Shown in pieces: positions 25,301 through 39,383 of a stretch of DNA of 64,000 nucleotides. Numbering within the stretch: position 1 is the stretch's first letter; each line of letters starts with the position of its first letter. The translations under genes were made by a program, and so were the position numbers. A model generated the notes under the pieces. The model saw nothing but the letters and a program-made list of their open reading frames with translations, had not been told where the DNA came from and did not search any database. Source of the DNA: Octopus sinensis (lineage: Eukaryota). The stretch spans positions 58,528,001-58,592,000 of the forward strand of contig NC_043013.1 in NCBI RefSeq assembly GCF_006345805.1. The letters are read 5' to 3'.

Positions 25301-25659
25301 ATTCCAGTGTTTGCTGTAATGTTTGTTCATTGTTTATTTTATACTTAACGTTATTCCTGTTAATGTTTTTGTATTATCTACTGACATCTAGGTTATCGTA
25401 TTTGCTTCGCTTCGTAAAGTGTTTATTCTCTGTTTCAGTTTGGTCTTTCAGTCTTCCATTCTACAGTGCTGATGCCAATCTTCAATATAATCTAACATTA
25501 GTTGTTTAACCCTGCATTTTCCTTTGCTGACAGAATATAAAATGTAGACAAAAGAATGCAAATCACTTAGCAATTGAGATTCCCTAATGAGGAATTCCCT
25601 TTGTCTGAATATTTTACAGTCTTTAAAACAGAAATATTGTTGTTGTTGATTTTGTTTCA

Positions 25660-28600
25660 CTTCAAGTCTGTCCTAAATTGGGGAGCGTAGACTCAAACCC
25701 ACCTGAAGACCGTTGTTCTCCCAAAAGGAAGAAACGTAGTCAAAACTCCAGTGGGGCAGATTTAGCTGCGAAACCTGCTCAAGATCAAATCTGTTTGGAT
25801 TCTCCCTCATTTGTCCTTCCCATCAATGCCATTGCTCAACTAATTCTGAATGATCTTGATGTGAGTTCATCTGGGGAGTGGTGCTCCTCCAAAACGAAGA
25901 AGAGGCAGTGCAGTTCCAAACCAAGCGGGAAGGTTATGACCACTAAACCCATTCCGATCGACCCCAAAAGCCGACATAAGTCTGATGGCTATGAAACCAC
26001 CCTCTCGAAATCATCCATCGAAGAATCGAATGCCGCAGCTCATAGTAGAGAACAGAACGACTATTTTGCCCACTCAAGATCAGCAATCATTTATGGTAAA
26101 GCTGAATACACCGGTGATACAGACATAAACCGCCTAAAAGATGACATAAATTTTGTTTCCGTTTTAGTTGGAGAATTGTTCTCTGTCAACGAAAATGTCA
26201 GTATCCATTAGGTCGCTCGGCTGGGAAGATTCTAAGTGAACTCAACCTCAGAAACTACACCACGCCCAATAAGAGTAATCTTTTCTTCCGATCAGGATGC
26301 TTCAACCTTTCTGAACAGAGCTCAGAAGCATGCAATGGAGGACACCAATATGGGTTTTCGCGAGTATTCGTCGTTGAAACCTGATATCCGAGCTGAAGAT
26401 CAGAAAACAGATGGGAGAGAAAAGTTTACGCATCCATGATGGACAAATAATCAAGTCCTACCTCTGGTCGCATGCTGTAGTGCTGACAGGGAAAGTGAAT
26501 AGAGGGCGAATCGAAGTAAAGTAGATACCCCCGACAACGATGCTATCTCTGATATCCCTTATTCTGCTTGTTCCCTAATTCTCGCCCCTCAAACTTCACA
26601 GCTCAGCATCGTCTATACAAACTTGTGCTCCTTATTTCCAAAGTTCAGCGAATTATTTTACACTGGCCATGCGTGATTCCCCAGATGTGATAGCTATCAC
26701 CGAGACTTGGCTGACTCCAGCAGTAAAGGAATCGGAAATCCACCTACAGGGCTACGCCCTCTTCAGATGTGACAGAGAAACAAGGCGAGGTGGAGGTGTT
26801 GCTTTGTATGTCAAATCTGATCTCAAACCGTCCACCGGTATTCTACCCAATAATGCTCAACCTACAACAAAATTCGACGCCGTCTATTGCAAGCTGAGCC
26901 TATCCGGGTTTTGCCTGCCCGTGTTAGCTGTCTACAGGCCGCCTCTTGCCGACCCCCAGGACGATGCTCATTTACTCAAAGCGATAAGATTCGTTTCAAC
27001 TTCTCATGACTGATATTAGGAGACTTCAACGCTCCCACGATCGACTGGCCCGCATCAACTTGTACATCATCTTCCCGGTTTGGCCAGGCCCTTCTTGACG
27101 TGGCTGAAGATTGTTCTCTATCGCAACATGTTGAATCTCCGACAAGGCATCGGTCTGGGGAGTAGTCATCTATGCTGGATCTGGTATTCTCCCGCTATCC
27201 AAGATCAGTGTCAGGCTTATCTGAGTGCGCCCCTCTTGCCAAGAGTGATCACGCGGTCCTGAAATTCGACATGCACACAACTTTTTCTACGCCCACGACT
27301 ACTTCGCTGCCACGTAGAGTCTTCTCTGCAATCAATCTTGAAATTCTAACCGAGGCTTCCGCGCTTCTGGACTGGCGATCCCTGATGACGATGTCCTCAG
27401 TTGACGAACTATGGTCGTCCCTCAAAGTATATGTAATCTAGTTGACTGAGCACGTAGTTCCCGTTGGGCTTCCCAAGAAGAAACACAAGCCTTGGGTGAC
27501 GAAGAAGGTTAAACGAGAACTTCAACTCAGAGATATTGCTTGGGCTGAATTCAAAAATCAAGATTCGACTGCAGCTTTTTAGGTGTACAAAACTCAACGA
27601 GACCGAGCCGTGAAAATTGAAAAGGAAGAACGCTTCAGATATGAATACAGAATCGCGGCAAACACCAGTCGCAATCCAAAAACCTTCTTTGCCCATGTCC
27701 AACGGAATTCCCGCTTGAACAACCAAATTGCAACGTTGGTAGGCTCAACAGGCGTATCGATTGAGGACCCTTATCAGCAGAATCAGTTATTTGCCGAGGC
27801 TTTTTCAACTATTTTCAAACAAGATGATGGTCGTGAACCCCCTCCATTTGATAGATCGGTACCTCCAATGTCTGGATTGGTCATCACTCGAGACGAAGTC
27901 GAACGCGTTATTCGAGGCCTCGATGTCAACAAGGGTCACGGCCCTGATGGCATACAAACACAGGTTATCAAAGCGTTGGCTCCGGTCATCCGCGAACCTT
28001 TAACACTTCTATTCAATATGTCATTGGCGACGGGTGTTATAGCTGCGGACTGGAGAACGGCGATAATCTGCCCAATTTTCAAAAAAGGGAGCGGCGAAGA
28101 CCTGCTTAACTACCGACCGGTTTCCCTTACTTCAATAATCAGCAAGAAAAGTATGTTGCTCCACCTCTAAAACACAGCCTCTATCTCTCATTCCCAACAC
28201 GGCTTCGTGCCGAAGAGATCATGCTTAACCAACTTACTGGTAATGGAAGAATGGGTGATGCGTATCCTGGATGATGGTGATGCTGCTGACATCGTTTTAT
28301 TGGACTTTGCGAAAGCTTTTGACTGGGTTAACCACCGCCTATCACTTGTCATGGTTCAAGCATATAGTTTCCATCCGGATATTGTACGATGGGTTGGTCT
28401 CAGATCGCTCCTTCCAAGTCCAAGTTAATGGTTCGCTGTCCGACGTCTCCAGTGCGAGCAGTGGCGTGCCTCAAGGTTCAGTGCTTGGGCCGTTATTGTT
28501 TTTAGTCTTCATAAATGACTTTCCCGACGACCTCACGCAACACACCCTTCTATTTGCCGATGATGTCAAACTGGTCTCTCCTCGCGGTGATATAGATGAT

Positions 28601-29442
28601 CTTCGTCGATGCCTTCACCAAGTTTGGAGATGGTCTAACGAATGGGAACTGTGCCTGAACGTGTCAAAGTGCTGTCATCTGTCTGTTGGCTCTCCTCCTG
28701 CAACCCAACTTGATTTCGAGCCGGGTCGTCTGCTGCTGGAGAAGACCGACCTAGTAAAGGACCTGGGTATCTTGGTGGATTCTTCCTTTTCGCCTTCGGC
28801 CCAGTGCGTCCATGCTGCCAACAAAGCACGCGGTGTTCTGTTTTTGATTCGACGGTCATTCGGAATGCTCACAGCAGCCATATTCCTACCGCTCTATGTC
28901 ACACTGGTGAGACCCATATTGGAGTACGGGATTCAAGCCTCTTCTCCTTATCTTCTCAAAGACATACATCATCTCGAAAGAGTCCAGAAGCTGGCTACCC
29001 GCATGGTTCATGGTCTCAAGAATTTGTCTTATGAAGAAAGGCTGAAGACGCTCGACCTTTATTCTATCGAAAAACGACGACGCCGTGGTGATCTCATTCT
29101 CGCTCACAACATCATAAGCGGAAAGTGTAACCTCTCAAAAGAGCTGTTCTTCACTCCTGCTCCAGAGCGTCGGCTGCGTGGTCACTCCGAAAAGCTCTAT
29201 CTGCGACGATTTCATCTCAATCGAAGGAGAGGGGCTTTCTCCGTCCGGGTTGCGGATCCGTGGAATAAGCTGCCGGATGAGACAGTGAAGATGCCGACGA
29301 CCGCTAGGTTCAAAGTCTCTCTTGACCACAAGTGGCCTGAACTCTTTGCATGAACATTCTCCCTATACATAACTCCACGTCCCCCTACATGGCCTTGCTT
29401 TTTGCTTTTTGCTTTTTGAGCCAAAATATTAACTTAACTTAA
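25660..29442 (+). mobile_element. CR1-like LINE (ORF1 remnant + disrupted ORF2 + 3' tail)
   Basis: ORF1-like PRPIRVIF at 26236-26439. APE motifs PDVIAITETWL, VYRPP, GDFNAP, LDLVF, SDH. RT motifs YRPVSLTS, LDFAKAFD, GVPQGSVLGP, LFADDVK. The 3' end is (aactt)n at 29431-29442. Confidence 0.9.
26600..29353 (+). pseudogene. LINE ORF2 (APE endonuclease + RT), several frameshifts and stops
   Basis: Split across ORFs 26669-27013, 27172-27441, 27583-28170, 28207-28428 and 28271-29353. Confidence 0.9.
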
Positions 29443-29454
29443 TCACGCCTTACA

Positions 29455-29650
29455 TTTGATCAATGCTATTCTAGTTGCGGCTGATATTGTCATACTGTCC
29501 GCTATGTCATTGATATTTATCAAACCCCACCTTCAAATTGAAAGGCAATTTTGAAGTCGGCGGGTTTCGAAATCAGAACTTGAAGAAGCGTAACTAAATA
29601 CCACAAGGCACCTGTCTGACTGTGTAGTAAGTTTACCATTCCACCGCCAT
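29455..29650 (-). mobile_element. Degenerate SINE, family C-like
   Basis: The minus strand carries gttctgatttcgaaaccc...cgacttc...ttcaatt, similar to the family C head and body. Confidence 0.45.
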
Positions 29651-30054
29651 TTTGTCTAGCAATCCCACACTAGAACAGCAGCGGCAGTCGCAGTGGTAGT
29701 CGCAGCAGCAGCCGTCAACGTTCTTCTGACCTCAATAGAATGTTTCTCCTTAAAAACAACGTTGTTGTTTCTTAACTCCCAAGCCGATCCATATCAAGCA
29801 GAACTATGACCAGGCGTTCCACACGTGACCTTGGCGTCATTTATTCAGATAGAGGCTACGCGACACTGTTTCATACAAGTTGTACATTCTGAGGGCAAGG
29901 AGAAAGATGTGACTGGACGCTAACGAATCCCTCCTCGCTGACGAGTCAACGAGGGCTTTGCTTCCCATTTTGACCTTCGTTGATCCGGTTTCGGGGTTAA
30001 TTTCATTCGTTACTTCTATGTTTGCCTTCTGTCAAATTACGGTGGATCTCTTTC

Positions 30055-30094
<40 letters not shown>

Positions 30095-30374
30095 TATTGT
30101 TGTTGCTGTTGTGGTGGTGGTTTAAGAGAAATCTGCTAATTCTGATGTAGTTGTTATTGTAGTAAATACTTTTGTATGTTTTTCTATTTTTCTTTGTTGT
30201 TGTAGTTGCGTCTGTCGTTGTTTTAGTTGTTGTTGTTGTTGCTTCCTAAGAACTCGAACAACACAGATTCAGATTTATCAAATATATTCAAAAATACACA
30301 AAATATAAAATATATAAAAGTAAAAATGTAACAAAATTTGTGATCACACACGTCTATACTTCATCCTCCCTCTT

Positions 30375-30411
<37 letters not shown>

Positions 30412-31744
30412 GGCTGCTGATACACACACACATATATGTATATGTGTGTATGTTTATACAGTCATATATATATATATATATATATATATCTTTTCATATA
30501 TATATATATATATATCTTTCATAGCTTAATTCCATTAATTCAAATATAAAAAAGTGTTTAAGATAAGACAACGCCGTATATATTTAGGTATTTTATTTGT
30601 TCTTAAATCTTTTTATTTTATTTTCTCTTTTTCTTCTCATGTTCCCCATTATATTTCATTGAAAATAAATACGAAAACATTTTAACACGTTTAAGGTTGG
30701 TTTCCAATTTAGTTGAGGTACAGAAAATATTCGTAAACAAAATGATTAACTCGGCATTAATGCATGGATATTTTATCTGCGAGGAAATATATAAGAAAAA
30801 AAGACAAAACAAATGAAAATATTTCTAGTTAAAATGAGGAAAGAAAAAAATTGAACGTCTTTACTGTGTCTTGTTTAGAAATTAGGGAATCTTTTGGGGA
30901 ATCTTTTAACTTTCATCATTTTCCGGTTTATTATTTTGAACCAGCTCCTTGAAACAACACACTAATTCTTCACTAACGACCTCACTAACATCTCCATTAG
31001 CATCACTACCTCCGCTAAATGCATCTCCACATGTACTACCTCAACTACAGACTCCAACCCTTATATTATTACCAACACCTCCACCATCAACACCGCCACC
31101 ACCAAATCCGACATAGCAGCTGACACAAACACCACCACTATTACTTTCAAGTATGCTAACACAAATTTTCCTCTAACATCAATACATCAGATCAGTAATA
31201 ACTACGCCTCCAGTGTCAGGAAACCCAATCATTACCAACACCTCAACTAATACGAACTCTTCAACAATTACCTAACCTCATCATCATGACGTCCCCAACA
31301 ACCACCAATACCGCCAGAATTGCCAAAACCTCGATTATTAGGAAAACCTCTGCTATAAGTAACATCTCCAGTGATGCTACAATCACTGTAACCAACACTG
31401 CCACTCATACCAAACCCTTCAGTATCTGCGACGCCTACACTAACTCCAAACCCTCCACAATACCACTAATTCAACAAATACTTTCTAATTTCCTTCTCTC
31501 CAATTGATATTTGTTTCCAAATTCCATGGATAATCTTCTGCCATCCTAAGTTTTCGGTTCGACATACTGCAAAGGAGACCGTATTTGATGTGTATCTTGT
31601 ACACAGTTCTTTCCCCTTGTATACCTGTCACATTATTGGTATTTTTCCAGCACTACAATCAATCAAATATTTTTACTAAAATTAATATTTTTATATTATA
31701 GAAAATCATGATAATGATTGTTTTTCGTTTGGAGACAATATCAT

Positions 31745-31920
31745 TAATGTTGAAGGGAAAAGTCGATTATATCAACCTTAGTAAATTAATAGTTCTTTAT
31801 TCAACCAACCCGGAAGGTATAAAATTCAAACCAGAAATTGTTGGTATTTGAAGTTATAATATAAAAAACCGGAATCCACAGCGTGAAGCATTTCAGTCGA
31901 CGTTCTAAGGAATTTGTCAA
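31745..31920 (-). mobile_element. Degenerate SINE, family C-like
   Basis: aagtcgattatatcaacc...gtatttgaa resembles the reverse complement of family C copies. Confidence 0.4.
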
Positions 31921-32476
31921 CCCAAAGCCGAAATAGTTTGTACGAAGTTACACAGAAATAGCAACTATTTTGAGGTTAGGTTTTCGTAATTTACACCATC
32001 CGCACTACTCGTTTCATGCTTTATGTTATCAACTCCAACAGGCTTTGTAAGTTGATCTTGAAGGGATTTGAAGTCAGAAAGCAGAGTCGGAAGAAATCCC
32101 TCCAAGCATTTTATTCGACCGTTTGTTGGCCGATAGAGCGGAAACCTCACAAACATCACAGCACATACTGTACAGTACACACACATGTACACAAACACAC
32201 ACACACACACACACAACTTCATTTATATTCCAGAAAGTTCCCATAAATATTAGAACCTAACATGTATTGAATCCTTCATTCACTCAATCTTTGTTGTTGC
32301 TTTTTTTGTGCAATACCACATATTTGAGTGAATGGGTGTGTAAGTGTTAGTTTGTGTATGTGTGTGTATCTGTGCATGTGTGTCTGAGTCGGTGTCATTG
32401 TATGTATGCATAAATATCGCAATATACCATATAATATATAATTAACACTGAAATATTACTAATATCGCTAATAATG

Positions 32477-32507
<31 letters not shown>

Positions 32508-32567
32508 CAACAACACAACGACAACAACAACAACAACAATAATAATAATAATAATGATAATAATAAT

Positions 32568-32601
<34 letters not shown>

Positions 32602-33376
32602 GTGGAAATGTTGTGGTTGTAAATGTAATAAAGAACCTTGAATTCTCATAAACAAAGAAATATTCTTCTAGACAAAGAAATGTCGTTCAGCGTTAAAGTG
32701 TATTTGAATTCATTGCTTGTTGCTTCCGAAAAACTTTATCTCAAACATGAAAATCTACTTAAAAGAACATATTTCAAAGAAAATATGTCTGCAACTCTAC
32801 GCCTCGTGTAATTTAAGTAGGCTGTTTTCTATTAGTTAATAGATTAGAGTTTTTGTTATGTACAATTAGTAGGATTGTAGTTATTGTGTGGAAAAATAGA
32901 TGAAAGAACGTTAGAATTGTTGTTTATTGTTTAATGGGACACGCAATGATTTTTGGTTTTAATGTTGACTGGTGAAATAGACACTGCGGTTGTTGACGTG
33001 TTAGATATTGACTGTAAAGATGGAATGGTTGCACAAAATCTGTCGTACATGCTGACAGGTTAGAGATAGATTGTCATACATATTGGTAAGTTAGGTTCTG
33101 GTTAACATACATTTTGAGAGGTTAGAGACAGAGTGTCAAACATGTTAACTGATTAGATATTGTCTATAAACATTGACATGTTAGTTACGAACTTCATGTT
33201 AACAAGATTGACGTAAATAATAAACTGACTGGTTAGACTCTGTCCTATATTTTATCTGATGAGACAAATTGACAGATGAGAAAACTACGAGTTAAAATGG
33301 ACGTAAGATAACGACTAACCAATGCAATTCTACGAACTGTTTGATGTTCGCTATAATCATTAGAGTGGACGAGTGG

Positions 33377-33450
33377 GAATGCGGGTGTCGGGGGAGGTGT
33401 GAATGCGGGTGTCGGGGGAGGTGTGAATGCGGGTGTCGGGGAAGGTGTGA
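33377..33450. repeat. G-rich 24-bp tandem repeat x3
   Basis: gaatgcgggtgtcgggg(g/a)aggtgt at 33377, 33401 and 33425. Confidence 0.95.
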
Positions 33451-35924
33451 ATTAGGTAAATATGTTTCAGTCATGGGGAGACGGACAAACATTTCGAGTT
33501 TAGTTAATATCTGGAATTAAGTTAGACATCCTGTGTCCATGATATTGTTGTTAATTAAATTCCAGGTCAACCGTGATCAAACACATCTAACATCAAAGGC
33601 TTCCCAGTCGTGGCCATCCTTTCTTTTTGCATACCCGCGACTAGGTTGAACAATGTTTCTGAGTCACTCAAAATTGATTTGAGGAGCATTTAGCTTTGTT
33701 ACTTAGGAGTTTCAGTGGCCACAGAGTGTCCTTCGTAGGTTTTATGAGTGTATCTGGAAATGTGTGTCAAATGTATTAGCGATAAACACAGTGTAAGACT
33801 AATGTTATTTGAGAAACTCTAGTTTCAAGGGTGCGGTGTGCTGAGCTGGCGATCCATCACAGATTTGATCCTACAGTCCGTGACTTCGTTATGCTATAGA
33901 ATCAATGAAACTAAAATAGTTCCATGGATTGCTTTAAAAAGAAAACGCTAATAATTTTAATCAATGAAATTAGATCGATCGGACGTGTAGAAATGTCTGT
34001 TGATGCTCTTTTGCTTCGGAAACTGAAAACCGAGTGTGTCTGATAAGAAGATTAGAGAGACGAGGCGAGAATATTTTGGTGGGTAGAATTACAACAAATT
34101 TATTGGATTTACTTTGATAACAGAAATATTTTCATGTTTCACCCCCTTCTTCTCTCCATTTCATTAATTAGAACAGCAGTCAGTAGAGTCAATAAGACGT
34201 TCCAGGAGCGATCGACAGGGTTGATGTTTCGAATTCTATAGACATATACACATAAACAGCACATCAATTGTTTAAGGTCACTCCTCTGTTTATGTGTACC
34301 CTATAATTGCTCAACAGACACCAAGTACTTCCCTGGTAATTTATTTTAATGAACCCAACTCAGCAGGACGAAATGCAATGTTGACATTGGCTGCTTTCGA
34401 CCTAAGAAGGTAAAAAGAATCAACTAAATTCCAGAAGACATTTTATGCAAAATCCATCTTGCCAATTCCTCGACCTAGCGCTTGTTGTAATATTACTTCT
34501 ACTGATCAATGATCTCTCTGTTTGCTAAAAAGTTACATGTTGGTAGTTGTTGATGTTGCTGTTTTAGTTTAACCCCAGATCAGACGTAATCTAAACCGAT
34601 GATATAATGCATTCCAGCCACGACAAACCTGCTTTTATTTCCGAAGGCATCATTCGAAGTATTACTTTGTAATGTGGTATTTGATTTGGATGGGATTTAA
34701 CTATCAACTGTAGCATGTACACCAACCATCTATATATTCCTCCGTTGGTCATAAAATCTCAGAAAGACGGTCGTGTGTCACGTTCATGCCATATTCTTCA
34801 TTGTGTGTTGTCGACGGGAAAAAGACTCTGAATGAAACCGTACTCTGTCTAGGTTATTGCCTAAGGTTATTGCCTAAGCTTCGTCAAACTATTGGGGGCG
34901 AAAACATCAGAAAGTGAAATGACTGAAATAAGATTGAAACCTTTCTCGCTTGCGTGTCTTTGAAATGAGTACAATCCATGTTTTAAGCGGTAGTTTTATA
35001 CCAAAGTGGGAGACTCGAAGTAGTATCTCAATCTGCTACAAATATCACAACCCACAGACCTAAAACCCGAAGAATACATTCAATGAGACCATCAAATGTA
35101 TCTGTAAAATGTAGATTGGTCTTCTCTGAAACGCCTTTCATAAAAAAACAGGCTTGTTCAATCAGAGACGAGCGAGAAGTAAACAAACAATATGAAGAAA
35201 TGTGAAGCTTTAAAACATATTTACGGAAGCGATAGGTTAGTCGTAGGGCGTTGTAAAGCAGATCAATAGAATTTGATAATGTATAGGTTACAGGGGTGAA
35301 ACAACTTCAGCTGGGTTGCAGCATAGACGTTATATATAGACATTAAGGTTAAAATAGAGGAACTGATTGCAGTATGGAAGAAACAAAGATCGTTAACTTC
35401 ACTTAAACATTTATTGTTTAAGTCCAAATTTTCGTGATTCGAAACTGCGACCTGGTCACTGACAACACACATATACTCAGGATTGTTTGTACACATAACA
35501 GTAAGAGAACTCATTATATAGGGTTAGGGTTATATAGGGCGTAGTGGTTGTCCTATTCTATATAGGGTGTAGTGGTTGTCCTATTCTATTATAGCTGAGG
35601 AGTTAACATCAGAGAATCAAGGAACATGAGTTACTGGCAAACATCTCTGCTACGTTGAGGTACATGATGTAGATTCTCAGCCAGATAAACTTGAGATCTA
35701 TCTATCTATCTGTCTGTATGTCTGTCTGTCCGTCCGTCCGTCCGTCTGCCTGTCTGTTTGTCCATCTATCTCTACCTATCTGTCCCTTTGTCAGTTTAAG
35801 AGTTGTATGAAAATGTATATATTTGTGTATCTGTATGTATATAATCTTATTAATGTGTGTGCATTTACTTATGCGTACAAACTGTATGTACACATATTTT
35901 CATATATGTAGACCCCACCGTTTC

Positions 35925-36010
<86 letters not shown>

Positions 36011-36890
36011 TATATACATATATGTACATGCGTATAGATATATACATATATATACACGCACATATATAATATTGGGTTCTATAATATTGTAGCGTAAACA
36101 ATTCTATTGAGATTCAGAATAAAATAACGATTCAAAAAATAATTCCGTGGAGAGATAGTTTTTTAAAAATGTTAACAAAATATAGGAAAATGAAATCAAA
36201 GAGAAAACCGTGATGAGTTCTTTGTTTTTTTTTGGGGGGGGGGTTCTTTTTTTTTATTCTGATATGAGCAACTTTCTTCCTTTTGCTTTAAAGAAACACT
36301 TTCAGAACAATGGTTCTTTTCCCAGCCAAACAAAAAAAGGTGTTTTTACTTTCAAACAATATTTCTTTTTACTTGAAAAATTACTTTTGAACAATTTTTG
36401 TATTCAATCTTCCTGTTTGGTAGGTTTAGGGCAGAACACAGAACTAAATGGTTTTAGTTTCTGGTTTTGTTAGTTTACTTTCTCATTTCAATTCCTACAA
36501 CGAAAATCTCCATCTTTATTCTTCCTAGTTCTGCAAGACAAGGATCAACCAAGTACTCACTATATCGAATTGACTCATTTCCTCTGAAAGCCTTTGATAT
36601 TTTAACGCTTCCGCTCGGTCTGTGTCTGTCCCCTTCACCTAGTCATTATTAATTTTCTCTCCTCACCTCACACCTTAACCCCTTCTTTTTCAGCCACTAA
36701 CTTCTGTCGCCCTCTACCGTCTACCTGCTTCACACGTCATATGCGTAGACGGCCTCTCCTTCTTCCTCCCTCTTTCCCCCTCTCTCTCATACACTCTTTC
36801 CTCCTGTCAGCTTGTTGCCTCAACGACTGCTAAACCGTCTTTCTCTTACCTTTGACATTAACCATATTTTTCTCCCACTAGTTTTCTCTA

Positions 36891-36931
<41 letters not shown>

Positions 36932-38139
36932 ACTCTTCAACTTTTCTTCTTCACACTGTATTTTATAAACCTTTCTATCCCTCTCCTCTCCTATGTATTC
37001 CTGCCTTTTTCTCATTTAACTTAGTCAATCCCTCTTTTCACTTCCGCCATCCACACCAAGAACCTTCTATCGAAGGAACTTACTTCGAACCCACTAATTA
37101 TTTTACCCTGGACAATAAATACGTTGACGACTTTGAATGCTTTTTCTGCTATTGCTGTAGAACAGTTCCAGTAATTCACTGACACAGTTTTGTGCACGTG
37201 ACAGTCCAGAGCTCACGTGAGTTGAAGCATTCAAAAGGACTTTGTCGTTGTAAAAGAAAAATGTCACCAGTCACAGATAACACCAGCATTTACGTAGTTT
37301 TCTAATATTTTCGGAAAGATATCGTGAATTTGTAAAACTCCGAGAAGCAATAGACTGAATAACATTTTGCCAAATTAAAAATGAGGAACACATTTCATAA
37401 TGTATACCTCGTTAAATAAGACGTGGTGGCCTGCTTTGGACTAAAATAACTACAACTTATTCAATATGGTTGCTGTGGTTGTTTAGCTACTGGTTAGCTC
37501 TGATGAAGCAGACCTATGCACAAGACATCGCTGTTCCATGTTTTCTGTAGGATGTTGCATATCTTCATTGCCTTATCCAAAAACCTCTTCCAGTTTCAAG
37601 ACAGTAGAAACATTAACCAAATCTTCCTCATATTACATAGTTCTAATTCAAACAGCAGGTTTCGTAGCAGTCTTAATGCCTTACCATATTTTCTATTAAT
37701 TTTGTTCAACCCATGATTCAGCCATTAAAATAAAACATGTACCCGTTGTTGTCGTTGTCGTTGCTGTTGTTGATGATGATGATGATTGTATTTAGCCTTA
37801 GACCAATACTCGTAGCGTTGTTTAAAAATACTCTCACCAAGTTATTTTGCTTCGTACATGAAGACAGGCTGTGACTTGAAAGTTATTTGACTGGTGCTTT
37901 TCATAATATGGACTGGCTGCTGTAAAGACTATCCCATCTCTTTTTAGTTAAATCTAGGACTATATTATTAAATATTGCAGTTACTACGCTGTCTATCAGT
38001 ACCAGTAATATACTAAAACACCCATTGTATCAATTATATTCCAACTCACCCACCACGACCGCCATCACTATACAATTGTTGGCGGTCATTTAAAAAACAG
38101 GGACGGATGTTAATGTGGACGCCATCGTAAATATCTTTG

Positions 38140-38320
38140 GTAATGTTGCTGGTTGATGTTGTTCTTGTTGTTATCGTTGTTTGTGCCATTATTGTTGATG
38201 TTGCTGTGATTGTTGTTTCTGTTTATTTTTTATTCTACACGTACAATTTTACTGTCGTTACTGTTTTTAATATTTACTTTTGTGGTTACTTTATCATCAT
38301 CATCATCATCATTACTATTA

Positions 38321-38370
<50 letters not shown>

Positions 38371-38465
38371 GTTATTATTATCATCATCATCATTATCACC
38401 ATTATCATCCTTATCGTCATCGCCGTTATCATTATTAATATTATTTCCATTAATATTATTTCCAT

Positions 38466-38530
<65 letters not shown>
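38140..38530. repeat. (ATT)/(ATC)/(GTT) compound microsatellite
   Basis: Direct reading; it yields the poly-I and poly-L pseudo-ORFs. Confidence 0.9.
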
Positions 38531-38532
<2 letters not shown>

Positions 38533-38642
38533 AAAATAGCAAGAATAGAAGATTCATAAGAAATAAAAAAATTTTAGAAAATAATTTCCTGGAAACTTTA
38601 AGGTGTATATATATATATATATATATAATATATATATATACA

Positions 38643-38677
<35 letters not shown>

Positions 38678-38696
38678 GTGCATACATACATATATA

Positions 38697-38759
<63 letters not shown>

Positions 38760-39292
38760 CATTACACACACACACACACATATATATATATTGAGAGAGA
38801 GTAAGTGAAACAAGTCTTTGTACTCTATTAAAATCTTCGAACTCTATTATTAAGCCTAATTTCCACTAAGAAAGTCTCTACTTGTTTTGATTAAATTAAA
38901 GTTTGTCTTATTTAGAGATGTCTATTATTTTATTCTTTTTCGATTTTTTTTCTAGCTTCGTCTTTTTCTGTAATAATTTTTATTCACGTTATAAATATAT
39001 TTTTCCCAGACACAATTTACAGGGGAATATATATATCAAAATCTGTCTGGAGAAGAGACCAATAATATTTATGAAGAATGTTGCGTTTGATTCTACCATT
39101 TCGTGTGTTATTTGCGATTGCATTGGTGAAACGGCCAAAACACATGGCACTCTCCGCTAATTTCCGTCTGGTTTAGCATTTCTATTTGTAACCTTCACGG
39201 GAGCAGATTGAATGAGGAGAGTCTTACATTACCTTCTGTTCTCCTGTCAATCAATATATTGAGAGGTTAATGTGTGAGTGAGAGACTTTACT

Positions 39293-39370
<78 letters not shown>

Positions 39371-39383
39371 GTACATACATACA

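Noticed and set aside
35521-35595. Telomeric TTAGGG seed and 28-bp duplication
   Set aside because: Only one full TTAGGG and a two-copy local duplication; expected by chance or slippage.
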